A stretch of DNA of 59,035 nucleotides, counting the filler, from Sluysia triapertura (lineage: Eukaryota), in assembly GCA_046118255.1 (NCBI GenBank). It is 4 parts of 4 records of this genome, joined end to end, with 100 filler letters (N's around TTAATTAATTAA, not from the genome) between each part and the next. Parts side by side here need not be neighbours in the genome. Positions count along the whole stretch, not along the records: positions 31,604 to 45,390 come from JBJNIA010019962.1; positions 45,491 to 59,035 come from JBJNIA010033600.1; 2 more parts are not named here. One strand, written 5' to 3'. A program made the position numbers and the translations under genes. How positions within the stretch are numbered: the stretch's first letter is position 1; every line of letters starts with the position of its first letter. Positions 38,356-51,556 of the stretch are shown in pieces. Below the pieces are notes generated by a model, which was given only the letters and a program-made list of their open reading frames with translations, was not told the DNA's origin and made no database searches.

Positions 38356-39664
38356 ATATACACGATATAATTTTATTTTATAAGTAACATTTGCATAAAT
38401 AATTGATTTGTATAATATTGTTGGATTTAAAAATTCTTATAATGTTTCTAATTCTTCGTAAAACTCAAACCGATTCTAGATGCTTTATTATGTCATTGAA
38501 TTTATATCTACTAACGTATTTTATCTATACTTACGACAAAAGTGAACAATTAAACTTGTCAATGCAAATTTTATAGACCTTTATTAATGCGTATTCTCAA
38601 TAAGTTTAAACTTCTTTAGTTACGTAAAAATATTACTAGTTAGCAATAGTTTAAAGTCTCTTATCAGTTATCTTACTTTTCATCGTCTTATCTATAAATT
38701 AGTTTTATATAGAAGCGTGAGCTCAGATACTCGTTCCGGTGACCGGGAATGGAAACGCGAATATTTTATTTTTAGAGATAATTTTAACTTTATCCAAATA
38801 AACATTATCGGCAGGCTTTGACTTTGATTAAACTTGAATTATATTTTATTAAAACAAATATATTATTTGAAGTGTGATTTCAGTAGTCTCTTGTTTGGGG
38901 CGCTATTTCCAATAAAAAACTCAAATTCAAATAAGATTTATTAACTAAAATTTTTTAAGATTTATCGACTAAAATAGTAATAATAACACTGATTTTTCAA
39001 CTATAAAAATTGTATGTTAAAAATTTATTAACTTTAAACAAATAACAGTAGTAAACAACAATAATAGATTTTTTAATTTATAATTAATTTTAGAAAGTTA
39101 CAAATAAAACACAACAATGATAGTGCTTTAATTACAAAATAATCGCAGTTAATTTGAATATTTTTTTCCTTTTAATTTTTTGGATTAAAAGCACAATATA
39201 TGTCACTTACTTTAACAAAATTTATATATTATAAGATTCGGATTCTTGTAATAACTGGAGATTTGTGTCCTTAATTCTTCTTTTGGTGTGATTGCCGATG
39301 CCTTCGACTTCACAACAATCAAAATTGAAAACAATTGTACTTTTTATATTTCAATCTTAGAATACTTTTAATCACTTGACGATATTTTCTATGGATTCTT
39401 TCTATTTCGCGACAATTATTATTATCAAATTATGGTGGGCTGTTATACTTCTTCAATTATTGTATATTATTGATCAAATTTTTAATATGCAATATAATTT
39501 CCATTAATAATCTGATAGGTAAATTCTTGTATATGCAAAATAATATTATAGTTATATGAACTTGCATAAGTTCTATTAATAGTCTAATATACAAATAATA
39601 TATAATTAAATTCTATTCATAATTGAATGCAGCATAAATTTGTTCAATACGTTATTTCATGTGG

Positions 39665-39722
<58 letters not shown>

Positions 39723-42264
39723 ATAGTTTTGTCAATAATAATGGCATATGCCACTTTTAGTCCAAATATTTATGTTTTATTAAATTTTGATTATATGTAA
39801 TTAGTATTCAATCTTATTTTAATATAAATTTTCTCGATTATAATGCTCTTTAATGTTGAAATAGTTTTGACATTACATTATTCTTTCTGTTCGGCCCAAT
39901 CTTTAATTTATGTTGATTGTAATCGAAATTAATGTTATTAATTTTTAATTACATATTAGTTTTATTCAATCTCAATAATCTTTATTAGAACAATATTCTT
40001 AGAGTTTAATATTACATTGTCTTTATGGAAATTTGTTTAATTTCAGTTCCAAACTAGTTACTATTTGTTATTATATTTTGAATTTATATTAACTCTATTA
40101 AATCTCATTTTAAATTATACTCTTAATGATAATGATTTTAATTTTACTTTGAAATAATTTTATTGTTTTAATTAAATAAATTTTAGATTTAATTTGAAAA
40201 TTTGAAAATCAAAATAATAGAAAAATTAAAAAAATGAAAAATTGAATATTATATTACAATTATTGGTTATTTTAATTTCGTTTATTTTAATTTTGTACTA
40301 TTAGGATACATAATAATGGCTTGAAACGGCGTCCAATGCATTATTTAGCATGTACTCTGTATTTAAAGCACAATTAGCTTTAAATTACAATACATCTGAG
40401 ATACTTTCATTGTCAAAGCATTCTGGTTCACTTTCTAACTCTGTGACTGACTACAAGATTCTGATTGTGATTCACTTTCAGACAATCTTCCTCCAAGTAA
40501 GATTTTATTAGAAATTATAAAAGCATTTCTCCATTTGCCACACAATATCCACGACAATGACTTAAAATAATGAAAACTCCGCAAAAATTTTGGAATCCAG
40601 TGTGACTTACAAGACATTCCAGAGGACAACTATACGGTCATTTTTGAATGATTTATAGTTAATGGTTTTTAAACATATTTATTAGTAAATGTAGATCGGT
40701 TTTCATGTTTTTTGTATATCTAGAAAAAACATAATTCTCTCTACTTTGTAACTTGTAAATGAAAATAGAACACTCCCAAAAAATAAGCCCTGCGATATTT
40801 TCGGGGAAACACAGTATTATCAAAACAGTATGTAGTAGTATAATTCGATATTTGAATCTGCTGAACATTGTAAAAATGTGGACTTGCTTGAAAATAAATA
40901 AGTTAATTTGGAATCTTTGAAACCACATTTCCGACACGAGACGAGTCAAAAGCACTCGCAATAACGCATAATTCATAATTGCTGTGGTTTTTTCTAACTC
41001 TTAACCTAGGGAAAACTATTTTTGAGGAGTGTCCAGCTACAACAAACGATTTACAACGTATAGTGGGCGCTCCTGTAATTTTATAAGCTAATAATTATCA
41101 GTAAATGCTTCATCCTTCTCAATTTCGAAACCAAAGTTATCGTAACTAATAATGCTGAGACTATAAAGTCAACAAACTTTATTAAACATTTGCACAATTA
41201 TTGATTTATCACTTAAAGAGTGAAGAAAAACAAAATGTTTGAATATATAATTAAAGCTGTAAGTTATATTATCTGGATTTTAGTTCTCAATAAATCGGGG
41301 AAACTTAATTTTTCTTTTGAAACTGATTTTACGTTGATTTCATAATACTAATTTCCTTATACACGGAAATCTGGTTCTGATAAACTAAATAAGTATCCAT
41401 ACTTTTCAATGATATTTTTTCAAAGTAACTGAGAATGACTGATGTCACACGAACAAAGTCTTGAACATTTTAAAATGGCGATTCTCATTAAACTCATGCT
41501 AGTTTATATACTAGAACATTAACATCATGTTCCCCGGCTTCATAACGATCACCTAAATTAAAATCATCACATAAATTATAATATTTTTTTTAAATTTTAC
41601 TTCTTTCGATTTTTGGTTGATGACGGTGACTTTGGATACTTTCAAAATTATACCTTTTGGATTTCAACGATGCACGTGTCGCTTTAATTCTATTATTGTA
41701 ATGAAAAATGATGGGTTTAAGGTGTTGTAATTGAGTCGAATGTATCGAGTAGATAATTTCGAATGTAGTTGTTGTTTGATTATTATGAATATTGAGTAAC
41801 GTGTTTTTGATGGATTTGTTGGTGTAAATTGGTGGTATTGAATGTAAATGTCAAGTGTAAGTTATAAGATTGTGAATAAGATAATGTGTGAATATTAGAA
41901 TGTTAAGGGTTATTTTTATCAAATTTTAATAATGTTAAGGGTTGACCACCACATTTTTATTTCATTTTAAGTCATTGTTTTAAAAATGTTTCATTTCTTT
42001 AAAATATTGGTTTAGTGTATCATCAAAGAAACTTCAATGGTAATCAATGCCGACTCCAATAACTCTATCATTCTAGAGATTTGAATTATATATTTAATTA
42101 GTTTAGTTTCACAAAATGTTTCGAACACTAGTTTATTCACTTTGATTTCTAAGACCAGCCTCAACATTAATTTACCAAGTCTGGCTTCGAACGCTCGATT
42201 AATTAATTTAATTTTTCCTTTGGGTTTTACAAATAGTTCGTTTTTGTACTTTCATTCACAATAG

Positions 42265-42901
42265 GTGAATGTAATTTAACGAACAACTTGTACAAAAAAA
42301 TAAAAGCGATAATAATAAAATAAAACACAAATTCATAATATTAAAAAGGTCAAACACAGTTAATCTGCTTGACCTTTAGCCTTCAGATAATCACAGGTAA
42401 ACCCGGATGGCTCAGGATACGAATTTGTTTGGGACACGTTTCCAGTTGCAGCATATGTAGGATTAGTATCAGTTACACCACAAAATTCTCAAGCACAGGT
42501 AGCATCTCCTTCATACGTACAGGTTTTAACTGACCTTGAAGTTCCACATTTTAGGATTCCAGAATTTCCGTTTGAATAGCATTCGACTTCGACTGTGACG
42601 ACGGTTTTTATTTGCTGAGTTTGACCACCTAATAGTGATCTGATCATTCGACTTGTCGATGTAACATATAGCAAAGTAGATTTATCTGGATATTTTGTAA
42701 TCTTAGCCATACTTTTTATGCCGAGCCCAATTTAAAAATCTCAGTATTTATAGTTCTAAGTGAGACTGGGGCTAACTTTATCGTCACACCAAGACAGTCA
42801 TTAACTCAAAAATGCATAAATTTCTATTAAACTTTGGAAAGCTCTCTAAAATACGATCATTTAAGAACAGTAAACAGTAAGAAGTAAACATTTAAAAACA
42901 T
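42265..42901 (-). pseudogene. Disrupted secreted/GPI-anchor-like Cys/Thr-rich surface protein
   Basis: Signal-like MFLNVYFLLFTVL, core ...VEVECYSNGNSGILKCGTSRSVKTCTYEGDATCA*EFCGVTDTNPTY...GFTCDYLKAKG, then after a 1-nt shift the hydrophobic tail SRLTVFDLFNIMNLCFILLLSLLFF. Confidence 0.45.
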
Positions 42902-43027
42902 TTCCTTATTACTTGTAATTTTTCTTGTAATATTTATAAATCTAATTTTCTCTGTTCGATATCTTTTCTGGTAAATTGTCTAAATAAAATATCTGACTAA
43001 TTATTATTATTTTTATTTTTATTTTTA

Positions 43028-43071
<44 letters not shown>

Positions 43072-44432
43072 TTGTAAATTTAATGAAATTTTTTGTATTT
43101 AAAAATGTTGTATTAAATATTGTTCGCAAAAGTTAAATAATTTTAGGTAAAATGTTTATAATTTGTTTTTCTATTTGTAATTAGAAATTTGATTTTTCGT
43201 TGATTATCATTTGAAGTACGTACTTAACAAAATACTCAATAAAACTTGAACTAAATTGTTTAAGTAAAAAATGCATTGCTCATTAAAAATGTGCTTAATG
43301 TGATTGATAAATAGAAATCTAATGTTTGTTTTATAAAGTGAAATGCTTTCAAAAACGCTATTTTCTTGATTTTATTGTTTTTATATTTTACATTTGTTAC
43401 ATTCTTTTATGAAATTGATGTTAATGAATTGATCAATTTTGTCATTACAACTTCCAGATGATTGGGTTATTCTTCAAATCATTTAACGTTGGTAATTATA
43501 ACCATTTCAAACAAAATTTGTTTAAGAATACTAATGTATTTTCTCAAGTATAGTATATGAAATTTTAATTATCTATTACTTTTAATTTAATGTATGCTTT
43601 AATGATGCAAAAGCAAATAATATAATTTTCATTCAGAAAAATATACTCTATAGTCTTTAGAGTAGTACCAACTGCTACATAATTTAAAAATGTATTTATT
43701 CACTTATTATTCTTGCAGAAAATCATGATACGTAGATTCAAAATTTTTTTAAACGCAATCTCTGAAATAGTGTTGTAATAGTGACGTAAAAAGGTAATAG
43801 TATTAATTAAATTAGACCATCCATTTTTCTTCTTTTAACATCATTGCACTTGTCATTTTTCCTAGTGCACGAAATAATAAATTTCTTCTGCTAAGCAATG
43901 TTGATGAATTTGTACGAACATTGTTATTACTGGCCTTTGTACTTTATGTTTCACTTTCTATGGTTTTTTTATCGCATTATAGTAATTTACATTCTAATTG
44001 ATCAATTTCTTGTTAATTTCTTCATATCCTGTACTATAAACCTCATTTAAAGATGACGTTGCCTTGACAAGATACCATAATAGATAAACCAGGAATCTAG
44101 GAAATGCTTTATTTTATTACATATGATTACTTTGGTCAGGTTACTTAACATATTTATGTATTTTTTATAGCAAGCTTAACTTAATGGATACTTTTGCCTT
44201 CTTAATTCATTATGTCCTAGGAATTTTTTATTTTCATGCAATAAAATCAATGTTACATGAAATAATTTCTAATGAAATTAATTCCAGTAATTACTTATGA
44301 ACACAAATAAAAAATAACAAAATTATTTTTTGTGTATAAATATTTGTAAAGGGATCAAACATGATATTAGGTAAACATTGAAGTCTAATTAATTCTTGAA
44401 CATAAATCTTTAGTTTTAATTTTATTATGATT

Positions 44433-44486
<54 letters not shown>

Positions 44487-45319
44487 AATATTATCTTAAA
44501 AAATTTTTAAATGATTGTAGTTAATAATAAATTTAAACTTTATTTTATTTTGATTTAATTTATGCTTTTTTGTATTTTTACTACTTATTTTTTCGTTCAA
44601 ATCAATTAAAAACTTATTCTTTTATAATTCATTTATTAACTTAATACTAAATTTTACTTGATTACTCATTATTATGTAAATCTAGTTTGCAGACTTAAGT
44701 CATTACTCGTCTCTTGTTAAAAAATATAAGTTCCAATTTTGTATATTTCTAGTCTGAATCGTATCTTTCAATCCTCAAATCAATGAAGTTTAGTCTAAAG
44801 AAACTCTATTTATAATAGACTGTCTTATCAGTTAATGATAATAAATAAATTCATTTACAAAATTATTGTTAATGATCTATTTTATTTTAAATATTGTATA
44901 CTTGCTCGTTCAATATTTATCAATGTTACAATTAAATGTTCAACAAATAATGTTAATCTATGTTAAGCAATATTTCCTATCAAATAAAGTTTGTTAAAGT
45001 AACCTTTCCAATAGGATATTAATTAACTGCTAAAGCAGTGTACTGTCACAGTTAAAATAATGTTTATTTCACTGAAAAAACTCCTTTTACATAGTAATTT
45101 TCAACGTATTTTTCTCTAGTTAATGTTTTACTGTGCTAAACCTGTGTTATTCAGCCATACAAAATTATTACAGACATAAGTTTATCTCATTTCACTTAAT
45201 ATTTATTATTTCGGTTTATCTCATAAAATCATTTTTTATATGAACAGCCATTTCAATTTCATACAAAATTATTATTTATATAGACAGGCAATTTATTTCA
45301 GAATAATAGCATAACATTG

Positions 45320-45390
<71 letters not shown>

Positions 45391-45490
45391 NNNNNNNNNN
45401 NNNNNNNNNNNNNNNNNNNNNNNNNNNNNNNNNNTTAATTAATTAANNNNNNNNNNNNNNNNNNNNNNNNNNNNNNNNNNNNNNNNNNNN
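45391..45490. other. Assembly gap with synthetic linker
   Basis: N44-TTAATTAATTAA-N44. Confidence 0.97.
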
Positions 45491-45591
45491 AAAGTTAGAC
45501 GGGGCTGATAGCTCAGTGGTAGAGCAGTCCGACTGCGCAGACGATGGTCCCGGGTTCGATCCCCGGTTAGTCCATTTTAGGAAGTCTAACA
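45491..45591 (+). mobile_element. tRNA-containing LTR-like element with a complete tRNA-like unit (45502-45574); probably not a functional tRNA
   Basis: The acceptor stem (GGGCTGA/TTAGTCC), D arm (GCTC-AGTGGTA-GAGC) and T arm (CCGGG-TTCGATC-CCCGG) fold. The anticodon arm does not pair canonically. It is followed by TTTT and AGGAAGTCTAACA. Confidence 0.8.
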
Positions 45592-46280
45592 TAACGATAA
45601 TAATTTTTTAAAATATAATAACACAAAATTGAAAGAAAACTGGGGTGCATTTATCGAGAGCCACAAAAAAACTTCAGAGTTGCAGTTTGGCCATCCCTAG
45701 CATATGGTGAAAAGCAAATTTTTAATACGCTCGATATCTTACTGGAAAAACATAGTTTTCGAAGAAATAAAAAACACTTTCATATTATATTTCGTTTTTT
45801 AAAATCATTATCAAAATTTAACACTGAATTGTGGAAATAAGAGCGAGTTATTACATTTTATTTTACGTACTACAATATAGCCAAAATAACTGAAGCAAAG
45901 AGTATCAACATGGAAAATTGAAGACTCAATTACCATAAAATTGCTGACCTATTTCATAACCACATAATTATCAACACAAAATGAATTGGATAAAACTGAA
46001 ACACAGATGATTTACAACATTCCCAAATTGTATGGCAAATTTGAATGGAGCTGCCAATATTAAAATATAACAGAAAATTATGTTACACTAAATGCCCAGA
46101 TCTGAATGCTTGGATTTTAATAACTATAAAAACAATTTAAGAATTCGTAAAAATTAAATGTTATTAATATATAATAATAGATACATTATCCACAATGATA
46201 ACAAGATAGGTTTGTTTAAAAGTGTTAAATTACTAGAATATTATGACATATTTAACTTCGTTCTACTTCAAAATTATTGT

Positions 46281-47069
46281 CATTATTCCTCTTCATAAGC
46301 GCTACATTTTAAAGAAACATTTAGTGATTTGTTTTTAATTTTGACATGATAATTTTGTTTTAATATTAATTGTTTATGAAAAACTTTCATTGGACCTTAT
46401 TTATGGTAAAACGAAAGTATGTAAAGTTAACTGTTATTGAAAAAATTGAAATTTTGAAGTACATTGAATATTATCCCGTATATTCAGATAAAACAGTAGC
46501 AGATGTTTTCTCAGGTAAATTTAAAAAAGAACTTTCAAGAACTATCAAGAAACAAATACTTTTTGATTCAAAATGCTGATCTTGGGACACAAAAGTGGTT
46601 GGTGAATTCAGTTTTAAAGTTAAATGTTTAGGCAAACACTTGTCCTCATGAATTGATAGACTTGAAGAGGCAGTTCAAATGGTAGACAAGATTTTAAATT
46701 CTCACAGGGTTGTTAAGAAGTTAAGGAAATAAATTTGTTGATGTCATGTGCCATGTCAACCATACAGACTGAAGATTTTTTAATTGAACAATATAGATCT
46801 GAAAATGTTTACAAGTAATGACAATGTAAGTTTTATTTTGCTATTTAATTATTAAAAAATACTTTCACATGTTTGATTTTAAAGCTATTTAAGGACTGAA
46901 TCTAGTCTTAGAAGTCTTGAAGAAAAATAAAAATATTTGCACACTAGACAATTGGATGATAAAAATGTTGATTTGATATTTCTTTATTATTTTTCTGACT
47001 AAAAACACTCCTCTCACCCGCCACGTTTTTCAAATTCCCCCAAAGTGGCGGTTGGGTCGAGGATTACTG
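46281..47069 (+). mobile_element. pogo/Tigger deletion derivative
   Basis: MVKRKYVKLTVIEKIEILKYIE...SDKTVADVFSGKF (CENP-B/psq-type HTH) and the C-terminal TLDNW. Right TIR (reverse complement) CAGTAATCCTCGACCCAACCGCCAC versus left CATTATTCCTCTTCATAAGCGCTAC. Confidence 0.8.
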
Positions 47070-48633
47070 CAACTACACTACTGATACCACATGATCAAGA
47101 CGTGTATTGACATTAAATAGAAATGGTAATACATATAATAATAAATTAGTCTCTTTTTACAATGTTTGTTGATTGTATTAAATTTTCACATTTAAGCTCT
47201 TGACTTAATCTATTTTTGAATATTAAAAAAGCGCTCAGTTAAATTCGGTACAGTCAGACTGAAAGACTCACAATATTTCCAGTTATTTTCTTTCCTCTAA
47301 ATAAAAAAAGAACCATACAATGTAAATTTATTTCAGATATATATATAGAGAGAGAGCTATGTACAGTTAAAAAACTTTTCAAACATACAAAAAAGAAGTC
47401 AACCAAAACAAAAAACACACGAAAAATTCGTAATAGTTAATAAAAATATTTCCAAAGCACTAATTAAAAAAAGTCACATTATCTGTGTTTAAGGCACCAT
47501 CAAAAATCGAAACAAAAAATTCAATTCCAATAAATCTATTGTTAATGCTCCACGAAAACCAAGCAACCATTATACATCACTCATGTTGTACTTATTCAGA
47601 TTAACAATTAAAATAACAAAGGATAATGTTTTATTGTCCATGTTATAATCATCAATAATACATGTAATAACAATTAATAATGAAAGTCGCTTTATCCAAT
47701 AAGTTTATTTATTTAGTTTATATGCAATTACGTTTAATATGCAATATTTTAATATGTAATAAATATGTATTTATTAAGCTATTTAAATGTTTGATACATC
47801 CTCATACGAAAGAGAAATTAATGATTGAAAAATGTAGTGTTATCACGAAATATAAAACATTTATTGTGATAAAAATGTATAAAAAATTCAACGTACGACG
47901 GTGACGGTCGTAAAGAGTCAACCAGAGGCAGGTAACGATAACGCCGCTGCAACTCTATACATTTCTATCTTTCGTAAGGTCTTTAGTTTATCTAATAATG
48001 AAATTCTCATGAAAAAAGGAAGGAAAGGCTGAGATAAAGCCATCATACCTAGGCCAACAAATGCAACCGAAATTCAGAATGCTGTTGATCAAGTGTTGAG
48101 CAGCTGCAATGAAAACAAGATGAGCAGTTATTTGATGCTGGTAATTAACAGATCACAGTTTATATAAATATTTCGGCAATTTTTTGTTAAAATTTTGTAT
48201 CTTATTTGTTTCCGACGATTATTTTAATGCTAATTTTCGAACCTTTTCATAAATATTTGGATTTTTTAAACATTTTTATCACAATGTTTTATATTTTGTA
48301 ATAAATCATTCGTCTGAAAATTTGCTACAAATTCTGTCTTTCACACAAGCTGTATTCTCCAAAAACATTTAAATATAGAGAATAAATTCATACAAATCAT
48401 AGATTAAACAAATAAATAAACTTTGGCTAAAACGATTTTCTGAAATGTTATACAGGATCGATCAATCATGAATCAAAATACAAATGTAAAAAATACATAA
48501 ATTATAAAATATTTCCAAATTAAATTAAAAAATCAGAAAAAATTCCTAACAACAGTTCTTTTCGTTCTTACATTTCTAAAAGTTTCAGTAGTTTAAAATT
48601 CGTTTACTACGAAACTTGAATTAAATATCTTAA

Positions 48634-48975
48634 TGTAACACAATACATACACGTGATGGAAATTGTCTGGAAATTTCATAATTATCTATAGAATAATGTT
48701 GAAAAGTATTAGAATGATTAGAAATATGCATAATTAAACATCTGCAACCTATTGGGTCTGTATAAAAAAGACTTCGTCAGAACATGTATACAATTTTCAT
48801 ATTCAAGGTGCAACAAAAAAGAATACAAATATTTTAACAGTTCACCTAATTGTCAATAGCTGTTCTATCTTGGATTCGAAGATCCCGTCTGTTTTTCATG
48901 TGCTCAATTATTATCTTTGATTAATGTTGAAACAAATAAAATACTTCAATCAGATTTCATAAAATAAATATCACA
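48634..48975 (+). mobile_element. Probable solo LTR
   Basis: TGTAAC...TATAAAA...AATAAA...ATCACA organisation. No TSD seen. Confidence 0.4.
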
Positions 48976-50502
48976 TTTCTACTACAAATTTGATCGCTCT
49001 GGATAAATGAAACAAACTCGAAAGACTAAATATTTTATAAATAAAACGTAATGATGGACAAAAAAACAAAATTAAAAAGTAATTTCACTGAATTTCAAAA
49101 ATATTAATCAAACAGATAAACGTTTCAATTGTTCATATTCATAATATCATATTAGAATGTAGAGCACAGATTTCAACATAGAGACAACATGATTTTGATT
49201 CAAAATACTTATTCCTCGGATTAATTATAATAATCATTATCAAAATTATAATTCATAACCTTAGGAGCAACCTTATCTACTTAAAACATCTGTAGAAAAA
49301 AGATAATCATTTTGAGATACTCTTAATTTTTGCTTAACTTTGGATGAAGAACCTATTTTCATTAATGATTAAACAGAAACATAATTAATCCAAAATTGTA
49401 CTTCTCAAAAGCCTACATTTAAAATCTACATCTGGATCCCAGTATGTATCTTAATACGTAATCTTACGAACGAGCCCGGTATATTAAAGTATAAAGGTTT
49501 TAAAAACAAATAAACCATAAATGAATCGCTGTTAGTATCCATATAGACTAAAAAACCGCCCATTTGGCTGTCTCCGGAAGAATCAAGATAGTTATTTAAT
49601 AAATCTGATGATAAACACTAATAAAATAAAATAATAATACTACCCAGTAATATCCTTATTTGAAATAAATAAATAAATCCGTAAGCACCAACTTGGACAA
49701 GAAATAATTGAATCTTGAAAGTGTTCAGGGAATAGTCAAATTTATTTAAAATCGATTACCCACGAAAATTGCCTAAGAAACTAAATTGTCAAAGTCTTTT
49801 TATATCATTCTTATACAAGTCCAACTAAAACTTATCGTAGAGAAAGCTTTAAAGTAGAACGACAAAATCAGAGCATAGCAATTTCTGCAAGTTTAATAAC
49901 CATTCTTTTCTGACGAACACGAAAAGTAAATATTTCTGTTTTCTTTTTTTACAAACAAGCTTCAAAATTAAAAACCTAATCAAAAGTGTGCACTGAATCA
50001 CAGAAACAATTAACAATTAATTGAAACACAAAACGATTGTTCTCATTACGCATATTTCTTTTGATTTTAAAAAAGATATTACGTGATTAAAAATGTGCCA
50101 AGATTAAAAAGGTCCACCTTTGAGATGGCCCACTGAAACGAAACAATTTTAAAGGGTTTAATGTTAATGGTAGACCAACTCCGACATAAAGTTTTTAAAA
50201 AATGTTAATAATTAATAATCAATAATCAATAATAATGGTAATTATAATGATAAATATAGGAATAGCAATGAGAATAATTAGAATCAATACAAATAATCGT
50301 CGTTACAATCACCATTCTCTGCATACATTCGCGGAAATGAGTACAAAAAAATTAAACAAATTGAAAATATAAAAGAACAAAGAAAAAAAACTTCATTTTT
50401 GGTTTATGAATAAAATTTTAACTTAATTTAGGCACTTGAATATATATATTTAAAAAAAAATGATAAATGAATCAACAAAGTTAATTCGTTACTCTCTAAA
50501 CC

Positions 50503-51556
50503 TTATTCATCATTAAAATTAGTTCCCAAACTACTCGAATCATCGGGCCCTAAATTATTAATACTAGGTGCAATTTCTTTAACAAACGATTTAGAACTGT
50601 TACTGTTATCTAAACCAATCCAAACCGTAGAACCAGCAGGAACCTTACTGCAACGCGGTCTTCTTGTTGATTGGCACATACGTTTTTCGTGACTAATAAG
50701 ACTATGTTTTTGACGAAATCGTTTACCACATTTTGTACAACCGTGCGGTTTTTCACCGGTATGACATCGTAGATGTTGAATAACGTGACATTGTTGACGA
50801 AACAATTTACCACAAATACGACAACCAAATGGACGTTCTCCGCTATGCACTCGTTCGTGTGTTTGTAATTGAGCTTTTAATTTAAAGGCACGACCACACA
50901 CATCACATTCAAATGGACGTTCGCCTGTATGTAACTTTTCATGTAATTCTAGGCCAGATTTATCGGTAAATGTACGTGGACAGTCTTTACACTTTAACAA
51001 TGGTTCACTTTCATTATCACTTAAATCACCTATTATTGTAAATGTATTTGGCATTGATAATTCTTTTTCAGTTTTAGTAGAATTAACTTGTTCCACGGTT
51101 TCTGTTGCTGTATCACTTGTACACTGAAATGAGTCATAATAAAACTTTTCAAACACAAACCTGAACATTTGTTATACTTATTGTGCTTTCTTCTTGCTTG
51201 AATTGATCTGGAAACACTGGACAATAATCCATTAAAAATGAATTCGATTTTGGTTCCACATCGTCAGCAGTTGAATGGGCAATGTATTCATTATCATTAA
51301 CATCAAATATATGCTCAATACTTGATAATTTACTCACTGATGTTTTGAGAAAATTAGAATAAAATAGTGCTTGATTAATTTTGTTTTTTAATTCCACAAT
51401 ATCGCTAGATATTTCATCATTTAAATTTTCTAATGCTTTTTTCTGATCACTTATACTGCTAAAACCATCAGCTTTTAAAAAATTGACGTTTTTAGGTTCA
51501 AGAGTATCGGGAAATTTTACATTCCAAGTTTTTATAAACGCATTATAAAAATTCAT
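50503..51556 (-). CDS. Two-exon gene (51556-51161, 51123-50503; 37-nt intron; 338 aa): BCR-like N-terminal oligomerisation coiled coil plus 3 C2H2 and 1 C2HC zinc fingers
   Basis: Exon 1 FYNAFIKTWNVKFPDTLEPK...SISDQKKALENL...IVELKNKINQALFYSNFLKTSVSK resembles BCR 1-70. The junction CAG|GTTTGT...TTTCAG|TGT is phase 0. Exon 2 has TGERPF, SGERPF and TGEKPH linkers. Confidence 0.85.

Noticed and set aside
38725-38760. GC-rich hairpin as a Helitron 3' end
   Set aside because: No CTRR terminus at the expected spacing and no second copy.
43700-44300. BED-finger/hAT transposase N-terminus on the minus strand (GWSNL)
   Set aside because: Too decayed to support; no TIRs found.
45502-45574. Functional tRNA-Arg(GCG), or a gene-encoded CCA tail
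   Set aside because: The anticodon stem does not pair and the unit is embedded in a dispersed repeat. The terminal CCA is the end of the acceptor stem plus the discriminator base.
49200-50150. Remaining BCR exons (PH/C2), or an oxygenase or innexin relic, downstream of the zinc-finger exon
   Set aside because: Coding-like but riddled with stops. Different frames suggest different families and none is convincing.
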